NCBI GenBank assembly: GCA_963776765.1
Contig: CAVZOK010000009.1
Span: 60,750 to 124,749, forward strand
Source of the DNA: Candidatus Sulfomarinibacteraceae bacterium
Lineage (GTDB): Bacteria > Acidobacteriota > Thermoanaerobaculia > Thermoanaerobaculales > Sulfomarinibacteraceae
Length of the DNA stretch: 64,000 nucleotides
Direction: 5' to 3'
Made by a program: the position numbers and the translations under genes. Positions within the stretch are counted from its first letter, which is position 1, and each line of letters opens with the position of its first letter. This document shows, piece after piece, positions 44,868 through 58,300 of this stretch. The notes beneath the pieces were generated by a model. That model saw only the letters and a list, made by a program, of their open reading frames with translations, ran no database searches and was not told where the DNA came from.

Positions 44868-46678
44868 CGTCTCTCCTGTGATTCCGATACCGCCCTTGGC
44901 CCCTCGGCATAGCCGCTGCGCCGCGGATCACCAACGCCGGAATAAACCCCGGTCGCAGGATCGTAGAGGACCGCGTTGACGCCGCCAAAAAAAGCCAGGT
45001 CGCCAGACGGCACCGGTGGAAATTCGAGTCGGAATATGTGGTCGAATCCGTAAGTCTGAAGTTCATCCGCATCCTTCCTGGTGATCGGGTCTGTGATTTC
45101 TATGCAGATCCGAGACGGGTCACTGGCGCTGTTCCACAGCACCCGAGGAGCGACCACGGCATCCCGAATTGCCATGCCACGGTCGATGACGTTGCTGATG
45201 ACATCGACCACTGAGGGCGGGATACGGTCGGAGCCTGCACTTCCCAATACCATGATTTCTCCATCTCGACGGACGATGGTCGGGGCCATGGTCGTCGCGT
45301 AACGCGCACGGGGCTGTAAATAGTGGGGACTGTCTGGGTGTTCAAAGTCGAAGAACTCGAGACAGCTGTTGTATGGAAAGCCCAGACCGGGAGTCGCGAC
45401 TTTGGCACCATACTGGCGGCACAGTGTCTGGCTCAACGCTACCGCGTTGCCTTCTCGATCCACTACGGAAACGTGGGTCGTGTGCTCACCCATTTTTGGA
45501 GTTGGCCCACCTGGGCCAAGAACCTCCTCGGGGATTGCGCTGCCGGGTGTGATCAGCGATGCACGTTCAAGGGCGTGTTTTTCGGACAGATAGTCGTTGA
45601 CTCCCATCGGATATCGTGCCGTGTTGTGAGCGAACTGGTTGGAGTCGGAATGCGCGATCCGGAAAGCCTCGATCATCACGTGCAGACGACTCACCGAGTC
45701 TGCGCCGAGAAAGTCCCGCGAGAAAGTCTGGAGGATATTGAGCGTCTCGGCGACCTCACCGCCACCCCCGGGCCAGGGGAAGGAAATGATTTCTGCGTTC
45801 CGGTATTTCGAATGCAACGGCTGAAGTTCTCGTTCTCGGGCGTGCGCGAGATCGACCGGCTGGATGTAGCCTCCTCGATTGAGAAGGTCGTGCGACATCG
45901 TGCGCGCTATTCCTCCACGGTAGAACGAGGCCGGACCTTCCTGGGCTAACCGCCGATAAACTGCCGCGAGATCCGGGCGGCAGATGACTTCGCCTACCGA
46001 TCCGGGGAGACGGCCTCCGTCGAGGAGGACGAATCGAAGGTAGCGGGATGTGAGGATCTCGTCGAGATAAGCCGTGGTCCAGGCAATGGTGTTGGCGCTG
46101 AGCTGAAACCCCTGCTCCGCGATCTCGATCGATGGCTGCAACACATCCCCGAGGCTCATCGTGCCGTAGCGCTCGAGAGCGTGGTTCAGGGCGGCCAGTG
46201 TCAATGGCACGGCTACCGCTTTGGCGCCCATATGTTCTCCGGAATTTCGGAGCTGGAGGAGCGTGGCGGCGTCGGCGGCAAGCGGCACGACCACCGACCC
46301 GTCGATCGCGATCGCACGACCATTCACAGGCGAAATCAGGATGTAGGTCATCCCGCCGAGCCCGGATCCGCCGGGGTCGGAGACTCCAAGAGCAAACGCG
46401 GCGGCAACTGCCGCGTCAACTGCGTTGCCACCCAATTCGAGGATCTGGATCGCGGCACGTGTCGCCTCCGTCGAACCCGTTGACACCATGCCGTGGTCGG
46501 ATTGCGCTTCCGGCGCATAGAGGGATGGAGGCGGGGAGCTTCGAGATACGCGGTCATGATGAGCGCACCCGTCGGCCGCAACCGCGGCCACAATCATCGC
46601 TGCGCATTCGAGCAGGCGGAGCCTGACGGTATGCCGGGAGTTCTCTACGCTCTTGATGCTGGGCGATTCAGGTTTCAT
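44864..46678 (-). CDS. ggt: Gamma-glutamyltransferase paralogue 1
   Basis: GGNAVDAAVAAAFALGV..PGGSGLGG. Catalytic Thr context GEHTTHVSVVDREGNAVALSQTL. Confidence 0.9.
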   Translation of the reverse strand: MKPESPSIKSVENSRHTVRLRLLECAAMIVAAVAADGCAHHDRVSRSSPPPSLYAPEAQSDHGMVSTGSTEATRAAIQILELGGNAVDAAVAAAFALGVSDPGGSGLGGMTYILISPVNGRAIAIDGSVVVPLAADAATLLQLRNSGEHMGAKAVAVPLTLAALNHALERYGTMSLGDVLQPSIEIAEQGFQLSANTIAWTTAYLDEILTSRYLRFVLLDGGRLPGSVGEVICRPDLAAVYRRLAQEGPASFYRGGIARTMSHDLLNRGGYIQPVDLAHARERELQPLHSKYRNAEIISFPWPGGGGEVAETLNILQTFSRDFLGADSVSRLHVMIEAFRIAHSDSNQFAHNTARYPMGVNDYLSEKHALERASLITPGSAIPEEVLGPGGPTPKMGEHTTHVSVVDREGNAVALSQTLCRQYGAKVATPGLGFPYNSCLEFFDFEHPDSPHYLQPRARYATTMAPTIVRRDGEIMVLGSAGSDRIPPSVVDVISNVIDRGMAIRDAVVAPRVLWNSASDPSRICIEITDPITRKDADELQTYGFDHIFRLEFPPVPSGDLAFFGGVNAVLYDPATGVYSGVGDPRRSGYAEGPRAVSESQERR

Positions 46679-46709
46679 GACGGCGCTATTGTTCCATAGC
46701 GGCGGCAGG

Positions 46710-48485
46710 CTATTGCGATTCAGCCACTACCCGCGCGCCCCGCGCAGAACCCCATCGTCGTCCGTCCCCGACGCCGACGAAGGTCATTTCCTGGGTGTCC
46801 CAGCCGACGGCGTTCACACCGCCGAAGTACACGGCACAGGCCGTGACCTGTGGATAGTGGAGTCGTTCGACTGGGATGTGGCCGACGGCTTCGAGAACAT
46901 TCACATCGGAGTCGGTGATCGGCGAGGTCACCTCGATATAGGGCGCGAGGGCTTTGACGCCGCCAAAAAGCACTCGCGGCGCGGTAACCGCCTTCACGAG
47001 CCCCATCCTACGATCGACAAGGTTGCTGACGACGTTGACGATGATCGAGGGTATGAGATCACTCCCGGGTGTGCCGAGAGCTGCCAGGAGGGAGCCGTCC
47101 TTAGCCAACACGATGGTTGGTGCCGTATCGGTCGCGCAGGGGATGAGCGGCTGCAAATATCCGGGGCATTGCGGTTTGTCGAAGTTGAAGCTCTCGAGCA
47201 GGCTGTTATAGGGAAAACCGAGGCCCGGAGTTGCGACCTTTGCACCCCAGGAGCGGCCGAGAGTCTGGGTGAGCGACACCACATTGCCCCACCGATCGGC
47301 GACTGAGATCTGGGTCGTACTGTCCCCGGCCGGCGCGCAGGCATGGTTTGCCGGTCCGTAAAGATCGGAATCGGCAATCACCTTGCCGGGAATGATGAGG
47401 CCGGCACGTTGACATGCGTGCTCCTTGCTGAGGACAGGAGCGGGTTTCTTCCTCAACGGACCGCCAACGCTCGACACCAGCCCGCGGTCTGCGAGCGCGA
47501 TGCGGAAAGTCTCGATGTGGGTATGGTATCGGGCGACTGTGTCCCCGGCCAAGAGTCCTCTCGGAAAAGTCTCGAGGATATTGAGGGCCTCGATAATGGC
47601 GGTCCCACCTGCCGGTGGAGGAACAGTGAAGACGTGAGTACCACGGTAGGTTGTGTGAAGGGGGCGCACCTCTCTGACACGGTACCTGGCGAGATCGGCC
47701 TTGCGAAGGAAACCGCCGTTCTGGATCATGTCGTCTTCGATCTCATCGGCAATACTGCCACGATAAAAGACCTCGACTCCGTCACGCGCAATGCGTCTCA
47801 GGGTCAGGGCCAGGTCGGAGCGGCAGACGCTTTCTCCCGGTTGTCCGGCACTGTAGCCGTCCTTGAAGGCGATTCCGCGCAGGGAATTTGACGCGAGGAG
47901 TTCTTCCCGGTAGTAATCAGACCACACAATCTGCACGGGGTTGAGTCGATAACCGCTCTCTGCAACCTCGATTGCGGGCGCGATGAGGGCTGCCATCTCC
48001 ATGGTTCCGAATCGCGCGCGCGCGCGGTCGAGAACAGCGAGTGTGGTGGGCACTGCCACCAGGCCATGGCCGACGAGCGTACCGGCCTCTTTGAGTTGGC
48101 GCAGCCGTGCGGGATTCACGTTGAGAGGCGTCGGAGAGGTGCCGTCGAGAACGATGGTTTGGTTTGTGGCAAGGTGGATGACCATCAGAGTCATGCCGCC
48201 AAGGCCTGAGGCGTCCGGGTCTGCGACGGTCAACGTCAGCGCTGCGGCGACCGCAGCATCGATGGCGTTTCCGCCGCTCTCGAGGATTTCGACCGCGGCG
48301 TCGGTGGCCTCTGCTGATCCGGTGGCGACGATCCCGAAGTCCGACCGGGCGTGGGTGGTTCTCGGCTCGGTCGGAAGAACAACCTCCTGGCAAGGAACTT
48401 CCGCAACAACAACTCCGACAACGGAAACTGCGATTGCGAGTACAAACCACAGAGTCGCCTCGACACCACCTTTGGTGTCACTCAC
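46710..48485 (-). CDS. ggt: Gamma-glutamyltransferase paralogue 2
   Basis: GGNAIDAAVAAALTLTV. GDSTTQISVADRWGNVVSLTQTL. The GTG start overlaps the end of paralogue 3 by 8 nt. Confidence 0.9.
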   Translation of the reverse strand: MSDTKGGVEATLWFVLAIAVSVVGVVVAEVPCQEVVLPTEPRTTHARSDFGIVATGSAEATDAAVEILESGGNAIDAAVAAALTLTVADPDASGLGGMTLMVIHLATNQTIVLDGTSPTPLNVNPARLRQLKEAGTLVGHGLVAVPTTLAVLDRARARFGTMEMAALIAPAIEVAESGYRLNPVQIVWSDYYREELLASNSLRGIAFKDGYSAGQPGESVCRSDLALTLRRIARDGVEVFYRGSIADEIEDDMIQNGGFLRKADLARYRVREVRPLHTTYRGTHVFTVPPPAGGTAIIEALNILETFPRGLLAGDTVARYHTHIETFRIALADRGLVSSVGGPLRKKPAPVLSKEHACQRAGLIIPGKVIADSDLYGPANHACAPAGDSTTQISVADRWGNVVSLTQTLGRSWGAKVATPGLGFPYNSLLESFNFDKPQCPGYLQPLIPCATDTAPTIVLAKDGSLLAALGTPGSDLIPSIIVNVVSNLVDRRMGLVKAVTAPRVLFGGVKALAPYIEVTSPITDSDVNVLEAVGHIPVERLHYPQVTACAVYFGGVNAVGWDTQEMTFVGVGDGRRWGSARGARVVAESQ

Positions 48486-50226
48486 GGACCGCTACCACCC
48501 TGGGTCCCATCGCTGAACCCCAGCGCCGCGGATCGCCGATACCGGTGAATTCTCCGGTCTCGGGATCGTAGCCAATTGCGTTGACGCCACCGAACTTGGT
48601 CACTGAGGTGTCTTCAGGTGCGTCCGGTGGCGGGTACCGCAGGACGGTCATGTTCTCGAAGCCCATTTTTTGGAGGGCCAAAACGTCCTCCTCGGAGATC
48701 GGGTCGACAACCTCAATATGAGCCCTCTTCCACGACATGCCGCCCCACACGACGCGAGGTGCGGTGACGGCGTCGCGTACGCTCATCCCCCGGTCCACCA
48801 TATTGCTGACAACGTCGGCGACGAGTCCGGGGATTCGGTTGCTGCCCGGAGTGCCGAGTGCGGCGAAAAACACTCCATCCTTGAGGACGATTGTGGGCGC
48901 GATATCGGTTGAACACGGGCGATTGGGCTGAAGGTAGCCTGGGCACTGCGGTTTGTCGACATTGAAGGATTCGAGGAAGCTGTTATACGGAAAACCAAGG
49001 CCCAGCGTGGCGACCTTTGCACCAAAAGATCGGCTGAGGGTCTGGGTCATCGAAACGACGTTGCCCTGGCTGTCAGCGACCGAAACATGGGTGGTGCTCT
49101 CCCCAGGAGTTTGGCAGTCGGGATTGGCAGGGGAGGTCAATATTTCTTGCGGAATCGCTTTGCCTGGAAGGATGAGGGTGGCCCGATCCCTTGCGTGTGC
49201 CTTGCTCAGAGGATCGGAGCCAGGGCTCCTTTGCCGATTGCCGGCCTTTTGAGCATCCGCGGCGGCGATCCGAAATGTGTCGAGGAAGACATGGTGCCGT
49301 TCAGCCGAGTCCTCGGCAAGAAAATCACTCGGATAGGTTTCGAGGAGATTGAGGCCCACCACGAGACCGGCGCCGCCGCTTGGTGGAGGCAGAGTGTAGA
49401 CATCGAAGCCGCGATATGACGTGTGAAGTGGATTGACCTCGCGGGGGCGCACCCGCATGAGATCGATCTTGCGTACAAATCCTCCGTTGCGGATCATGTC
49501 GGCCTCGATATCATCGGCGATGCTGCCACGGTAGAAACTCTGCACACCCTCGGAGGCGATCCGTCGAAGGGTGCTGGCGAGGTCCGGTTGACAATGACGA
49601 TCCCCTGGGCTGCCAACCGTGCGACCGTCTTCCATTGCAATGAGAGACACGTAATGCGATGAATTTATGATGTTCTCGTAGTAACGGTGGGTCCATTTGA
49701 TCTGAATTCTACTGAGCGGGTAGCCCTGCTCGGCGAACTCAATGGCGGGCTGCAGGAGGGCCGCCATCTCCATGGTTCCGTAGCGTGCTCTCGCATGTTC
49801 GAGGGTCGCCAACGTTGTTGGCGTGGCGACGGCCTCGTAACCGTAGGTTCGGCCGCTTTCCTTGAATCTCCTGAACTTGTTGATGTCTATCGCAATCGGT
49901 GATTGAGAGGTCCCATCAATAGCAAGCGTTCGACCGTCCGCGAGATGGATGACCATGCTCGTCGTTCCACCGATTCCTGATGCATCCGAATCCACAACGC
50001 TCAGAGTCAGGGCGGCCGCGACCGCCGCGTCGATGGCATTTCCGCCATTCTCGAGGATCTTGATTGCGGTCTCTGTGGCTTCGTTTGATCCGGTTGCGAC
50101 CATGCCAAAGTCTGACCGTGCTTCGGGTACGCAGAGTTCTGGGGGCAGGCGATCGTCATGACAGGGGGAGGCGCCTGAGAGCACACCAACCACCAACATC
50201 GCTGCTGTGGCGATGGTCAACCGCAT
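48478..50226 (-). CDS. ggt: Gamma-glutamyltransferase paralogue 3
   Basis: GGNAIDAAVAAALTLSV. GESTTHVSVADSQGNVVSMTQTL. ATG at 50226 gives the signal peptide MRLTIATAAMLVVGVLSGASPC. The ORF is open to GTG 50262. Confidence 0.9.
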   Translation of the reverse strand: MRLTIATAAMLVVGVLSGASPCHDDRLPPELCVPEARSDFGMVATGSNEATETAIKILENGGNAIDAAVAAALTLSVVDSDASGIGGTTSMVIHLADGRTLAIDGTSQSPIAIDINKFRRFKESGRTYGYEAVATPTTLATLEHARARYGTMEMAALLQPAIEFAEQGYPLSRIQIKWTHRYYENIINSSHYVSLIAMEDGRTVGSPGDRHCQPDLASTLRRIASEGVQSFYRGSIADDIEADMIRNGGFVRKIDLMRVRPREVNPLHTSYRGFDVYTLPPPSGGAGLVVGLNLLETYPSDFLAEDSAERHHVFLDTFRIAAADAQKAGNRQRSPGSDPLSKAHARDRATLILPGKAIPQEILTSPANPDCQTPGESTTHVSVADSQGNVVSMTQTLSRSFGAKVATLGLGFPYNSFLESFNVDKPQCPGYLQPNRPCSTDIAPTIVLKDGVFFAALGTPGSNRIPGLVADVVSNMVDRGMSVRDAVTAPRVVWGGMSWKRAHIEVVDPISEEDVLALQKMGFENMTVLRYPPPDAPEDTSVTKFGGVNAIGYDPETGEFTGIGDPRRWGSAMGPRVVAVRE

Positions 50227-50379
50227 GGGACGTGCACCGAACGGACGCAACCGGAAATCCACGGCCTTTCTGCAGATCGCTCCGTGACCGCGCCTTGTGG
50301 CTGCTGGTCACCGAGCGACCGGACATTCAGTCTGTTCATTGTACGACGGTCTCCAGCTGCCGATCGACGGGCTGACGCC

Positions 50380-50443
50380 TTGACAAAATTTCAATCAGAA
50401 TGTATTAATACACTATGACATTAATAAACTAGAACATTAATCC
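50380..50443 (+). promoter_or_regulatory. AT-rich promoter/operator island: TTGACA-17-TATTAA plus three ATTAAT boxes at 16-bp spacing
   Basis: TTGACA at 50380-50385 and TATTAA at 50403-50408. The palindrome GTATTAATAC (50402-50411) overlaps the -10. ATTAAT occurs at 50404, 50420 and 50436. The island lies between divergent ggt and gntR genes. Confidence 0.55.
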
Positions 50444-50469
50444 AATTGGGAATTGAAACGGAGCCTTGG

Positions 50470-50847
50470 GTGACCATCGAATTCAAACTCGACCTCAAAA
50501 GCGGCGTTCCCTTCTACCGCCAGGTGATCGACCACGTAAAGGCCGCCATCGCCACCGAAAGCCTCTCTCCAGGCGACCGCTTGCCCACCGTGAGGCAACT
50601 CGCGGTTGACCTTTCCATCAACCCGAACACCGTGAGCCGCGCCTATACCGAGCTCGAACTGACGGGCCTGGTGGAGACCCAAATGGGTTCCGGCACCTTC
50701 GTCGGCAGCCGACGGGTGAAGCCAGATGATATCGAGCGTCGGAGGGTGCTCGACCAGCTCTGTCAGGAGTTTCTATCGCGGGTATCGACCCACGGCTTTA
50801 CCCTCGACGACCTTCTTCAGAACCTCGAGCAGCGCCGGAAGCGCTGA
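50470..50847 (+). CDS. GntR-family transcriptional regulator (YtrA subfamily, short effector domain)
   Basis: PFYRQVIDHVKAAIATESLSPGDRLPTVRQLAVDLSINPNTVSRAYTELELTGLVET is a winged HTH. GGAG-N6-GTG start at 50470. Confidence 0.85.
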   Translation: MTIEFKLDLKSGVPFYRQVIDHVKAAIATESLSPGDRLPTVRQLAVDLSINPNTVSRAYTELELTGLVETQMGSGTFVGSRRVKPDDIERRRVLDQLCQEFLSRVSTHGFTLDDLLQNLEQRRKR

Positions 50848-50862
50848 GAAAGGGAGTACGCG

Positions 50863-51987
50863 ATGCACAAGGTCAGCCAAATGAAGTTGGACGTCCTGGA
50901 ACGATTCGCGACCTCGTTCCGGGCCGACTATCGGTTCGCGCCGCTCAACATCATGATGCTCGTCGGCATCTGCCTGCTGGGTTTGGTGATCCACCTGGCG
51001 GTGTCTCCATTCAACCTGGACGCGGTGATCACCATGATCGGCACAGCCGTCGTTCTCGCGACCGTGTTTCGGCTTCTGCAGATATGGGAGTCGGTCCTGG
51101 TTTCCACAACCGGCGCTGCGCTATTCATTTACCTGCAGCACCGGCCCGACACCTGGATTCTGGTCTCGACGGTCATAATCGCCGGCCTCCTCAGCCCGTG
51201 TATCCAGATGGCTTACCAATGGGAGAAGGCCGTGGTCCTGCGATTCGGGCGATTCCGGGGTCTCAAGGGATCGGGTCTCTTCACCGTCTTTCCGATCATC
51301 GACAAGGTCGCCAATTACGTCGATCAGCGGATTCGAGTCACCGATTTCAAGGCCGAGACCACCCTCACCAAGGACACAGTGCCGGTCAATGTCGACGCCA
51401 TCGCATTCTGGATGGTGTGGGACGCAGAAAAGGCGGTGCTCGAAGTGGAAGACTTCGACACCGCGGTCAGTCTGTCCGCGCAGACCGGCCTTCGCGACTC
51501 CATCGGCCGCCACGAACTCGGCGATATGCTTTCCCACCGCGACCGGTTGGGCAAGGAAATCAGGGAAGTGCTCGACGCCAAAACCAACGCCTGGGGCATC
51601 ACCGTTCAGTCGGTGGAGATCCGCGACATCATCATTCCCAAAGAGCTCGAGGACGCCATGAGCCGGCAGGCCCAGGCGGAGCGCGAGCGCCAGTCGCGGA
51701 TCATTCTCTCCAAGGCCGAGGAAGAGATCGCCGAGAGTTTTTCGAAGGCTTCGGAACATTACAAGCACAACCAGGCGGCCCTCCACCTGCGCGCCATGAA
51801 CATGGTCTATGAGGGCCTGAAGCAGAAGGGCTCGATGATCATCGTACCCTCGACCGCGGTCGAGACCATGGGCCTCGGGGCGATGGGGGGGCTGACCGCG
51901 TTTGATCGCATTATCGAGGGCGATGATGGAATTGCTGGCGAGGCACCCGCTATTAGCGTACCAGGCGAAGGACCGCGGGAGGAGTAG
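50863..51987 (+). CDS. SPFH/Band-7 (stomatin-like) membrane protein
   Basis: N-terminal TM helices followed by AVVLRFGRF...VPVNVDAIAFW...IRDIIIPKELEDAMSRQAQAERERQ. Confidence 0.85.
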   Translation: MHKVSQMKLDVLERFATSFRADYRFAPLNIMMLVGICLLGLVIHLAVSPFNLDAVITMIGTAVVLATVFRLLQIWESVLVSTTGAALFIYLQHRPDTWILVSTVIIAGLLSPCIQMAYQWEKAVVLRFGRFRGLKGSGLFTVFPIIDKVANYVDQRIRVTDFKAETTLTKDTVPVNVDAIAFWMVWDAEKAVLEVEDFDTAVSLSAQTGLRDSIGRHELGDMLSHRDRLGKEIREVLDAKTNAWGITVQSVEIRDIIIPKELEDAMSRQAQAERERQSRIILSKAEEEIAESFSKASEHYKHNQAALHLRAMNMVYEGLKQKGSMIIVPSTAVETMGLGAMGGLTAFDRIIEGDDGIAGEAPAISVPGEGPREE

Positions 51988-52079
51988 TGCTCTTCGAGGG
52001 ACCGGCCGAGAGTCGCCGACAGACCCTCTATGCGGGGCTGATCCTGCTCATCATTCTGATTGTCGTGGCTGTTCTCTGA
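51987..52079 (+). CDS. Possible 30-aa single-TM micro-ORF overlapping the SPFH stop (TAGTG)
   Basis: GTG at 51987. Translation (M)LFEGPAESRRQTLYAGLILLIILIVVAVL. It is below the ORF-track length cutoff, and I have no independent support. Confidence 0.25.
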   Translation: MLFEGPAESRRQTLYAGLILLIILIVVAVL

Positions 52080-52091
52080 TCTCGAGGAAAT

Positions 52092-55187
<3,096 letters not shown>

Positions 55188-55205
55188 CACCGCACCTCTT
55201 CAAAT

Positions 55206-55308
55206 GGATGCTCGATACTTGATACTCGATACTCGATAAAAGCCAGGCTTGTTTTTGAGGGTGGGTTGGGGATCGAAAATCGAGAATCGAGAATCGAGAA
55301 TCGGATGC
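55206..55308. repeat. Palindromic heptamer-armed element with internal GAGGGTGGGTTGGGG box, between the two RND cistrons
   Basis: The left arm (GATACTC-type, 55206-55237) faces the right arm (ATCGAGA-type, 55272-55308), with about one mismatch per unit. Confidence 0.9.
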
Positions 55309-55329
55309 ATTGGGAGGTCTTCAGAAATC

Positions 55330-58300
55330 TCATGCCGCCTCCGATCCCGAAACCGCGCCCTCGTCCTCTTCAACGCGAACTCTCACCGGTGCAGTTCCCA
55401 GGATTCTGTATATACACGGGATCACGATCAGCGTGAGGAAGGTCGCGACAGTCAGCCCACCAATAACGGTGATGGCCAGCGGGGCGCGAAGCTCGTCTCC
55501 GGCGCCGAGCCCGAGAGCCATTGGAAACAGTGCGAGTACGGTGGTTGCAGTGGTCATGAGGATAGGCCGGAGCCGTTCTTCGCCGGCACCGATCAGCGCC
55601 TCGTCGATATCCTGGCCTTCACGCCGCCGCCGGTTGACGGCGTCCACCAACACGATAGCGTTGTTGACGACGATGCCGGCGAGCATGATGGCGCCGATGA
55701 GCACCAACACGCTGACCGAGTTCGATGTCAGGACGAGAGCGGCGACCACGCCCACAACTCCCAGCGGAACCGCCATCAGAATCACAAATGGGTGGATCAA
55801 TGACTCGAACTGCGATGCCATCACCACGTATACCAGGAAGGTCGCCAGCGCCATCGCGAGCCACAATGAGTTGAAACTGACGGCGAGTTCCTCGTTCTGA
55901 CCGGAGAGCTCGGTTCGGGCACCAGCAGGCAAAACCAGTCCCGACACAGCCTCGTCAACAGCAGTCAGCGCGCCACCGAGGTCGCGGGTGGTAGGCAGGG
56001 CGGTGACCTCGGCAACCCGCGCTCCGGAAAAACGGTAGATCGCGGCTGGACCGCGACCGGTTATCACTTCTGCAACAGCTGAGACCGGCACCGTTGTGCC
56101 TCCCGGCAGGATGATTCGCATCGCCTGTACACCCGAGGCCAGTGAACGGAATCGTTCACCGGCGCGCAACCGGATGTCGATGCGCTCCTCACCCTCTCGA
56201 AACTCGCCGACCACATCGCCGCGGATCTTGGTGCGCATGGCGGCGCCCACGTCCTCTGCCGAAACTCCGAGGGCTGCGGCTCGTTCTCGGTCGAGCTCTA
56301 CCAGAATCTCCGGGCTCCCCGGCTCCGAAGTCGTGGCCACGTCGCGGACCTCGGGCAGCTCTTCGAGGGTTTTGCGGACTACCTCAGATGCATGATCAAG
56401 CTCGACGAGGTTGTCCGAGAAGATCTGCACTGCAATCGGCGGCCGGACCGAGAGCACCGCGGGGCGTACGAGCTCGGATTCCGCGCGCGGAAATCGAGCG
56501 ATCGCCTCTCGGACCCGAATCACTGCGGACGCCTCATCGTTGGCGTCGGCTTCGGCAAACATCCGGAAATTGATCTGGGCCAGGTTTTCGCCCAGGGTGA
56601 GGCGTCCGGACGCGGTCGATGGCAGACTCCCGACCATTGAAAAAATAGAGGCGAAGGCGGAGTCATCCACCAGCATGGCCTCGATCCGGTCGACCAATTC
56701 GGCGGTCGCCTCGAGGGTCGAGCCCTCCGGTAGCCGAAGCTGGAAAGCAAACTCACCTTGAGCCAGATCGGGCACCAGGTCGGTGCCGAGACGCGGTATG
56801 ACCGTCACAGATACCGCAAAGACTCCGATGGCGGCCGCCATCACGATCCACCTTCGCCGAAGGGCATTTGTCAGCGCCCCTGGATATGCGTGACCAACCC
56901 CGTCGAGGGCCTTGCCCAGAGGTGCGGCGAGGATTTGAAAAACGCGACTGAAGGTCCACCACATGGCACCTACGGCCAGCATAGCCAGCAGGAGAACGAA
57001 ACGAATTGGAAACGCTGCAATTGTGATGGCGCGGCTGATCAGCGAACGCCCGTCGCCGATTGGCTCGAGCTCGAAGGACGCCAACCGAAAACTGAAGGGC
57101 AAGGGCTCGTCCTCATCATTGCGGCGGCCCGCAAAACGCGAGGCGCTCTCGAAACCGGAGCGTGCAGAAAAACCGGATAGCGCAGGAATGAGGGTCAACG
57201 AAACAACCAGCGAGGTGGTGAGCGACAGACAGACGGTGACGGCCTGGTCGCGAAAGAGCTGCCCGGCGACGCCCTGCACAAAGACGATAGGAAAAAAAAC
57301 CGCAACAGTGGTCAGGGTTGCCGCGGTCACGGCCCCGGCCACCTCGCCGGCACCTTTGATGGCAGCCCGGGCTCGTTCCAAACCCTCGGCCCGGCGCCGG
57401 TCGATGGCTTCGAGGACGACGATCGAGTTGTCCACCAACATGCCAATGCCGAGGGCAAGGCCGCCCAGCGACATGATGTTGAGAGAGACGCCGGCCCGGG
57501 CCATGAAGAGGAATGTCGCGACAACCGACACCGGAATCGTGAGAGCGATGATCGCCGTTGCCCGGAGATCGCGAAGAAAGAAAAAGAGAACCAGAATCGC
57601 CAACAGGCCGCCGATCCAAGCTGCCGACCAGACCATCTGGATGGCGGCTGTGATGTAGGCGGAGAGGTCGGTGAGGGTTTCAATGTGGAGATCCGACGGC
57701 ATCTCTTCGCGTACCTCCTCGAGCCGCTCTTGAACCGCCTGGGCGACCGCTACTGTGTTGGCGGTTCCCTGGCGATGGAGATCGATCTCCACGACCTCGC
57801 GGCCGCCCAGCCGGGTGATTTCGTCGCGGTCGCGATGCCCGCGAAAGACGCGGGCCACGTCCTCCACCCGCACCCGGCCGGTGGGTGTTTCCCGAACCAC
57901 GGTGCGACGAATTTGATCGAGGTTTTCGAACTCGTGCATGGTACGGACGAGATAGATGGCGTTGAAGTCGCGAAGGGTACCGCCAGGCTGATTGACATTC
58001 TCCTGGCGCAGGGCAACCGCAAGGTCAGCCGGTGTCAGCCCGAGAGCCGCGAGGCGGTCTTCATCGGCCTCGACAACTATCTCAGCGTCGAGCCCACCAC
58101 GGACCTTGGCAGCTGCGACTCCGACCACCGATTCGAGCCTCGGCTTGAGCCAGCGGTCGGCGAGCTGCCGGAGTTCGTCGAGATCTCGGTTACCGTAGAA
58201 ACCGAGCCGCATGATGGGTTCGAGCGATGGGTCGAAGCGGAGGACACGGGGTATTTCCGCCTCGCGTGGCAGCTCGACCAGCCCGAGGCGTTCACGAACA

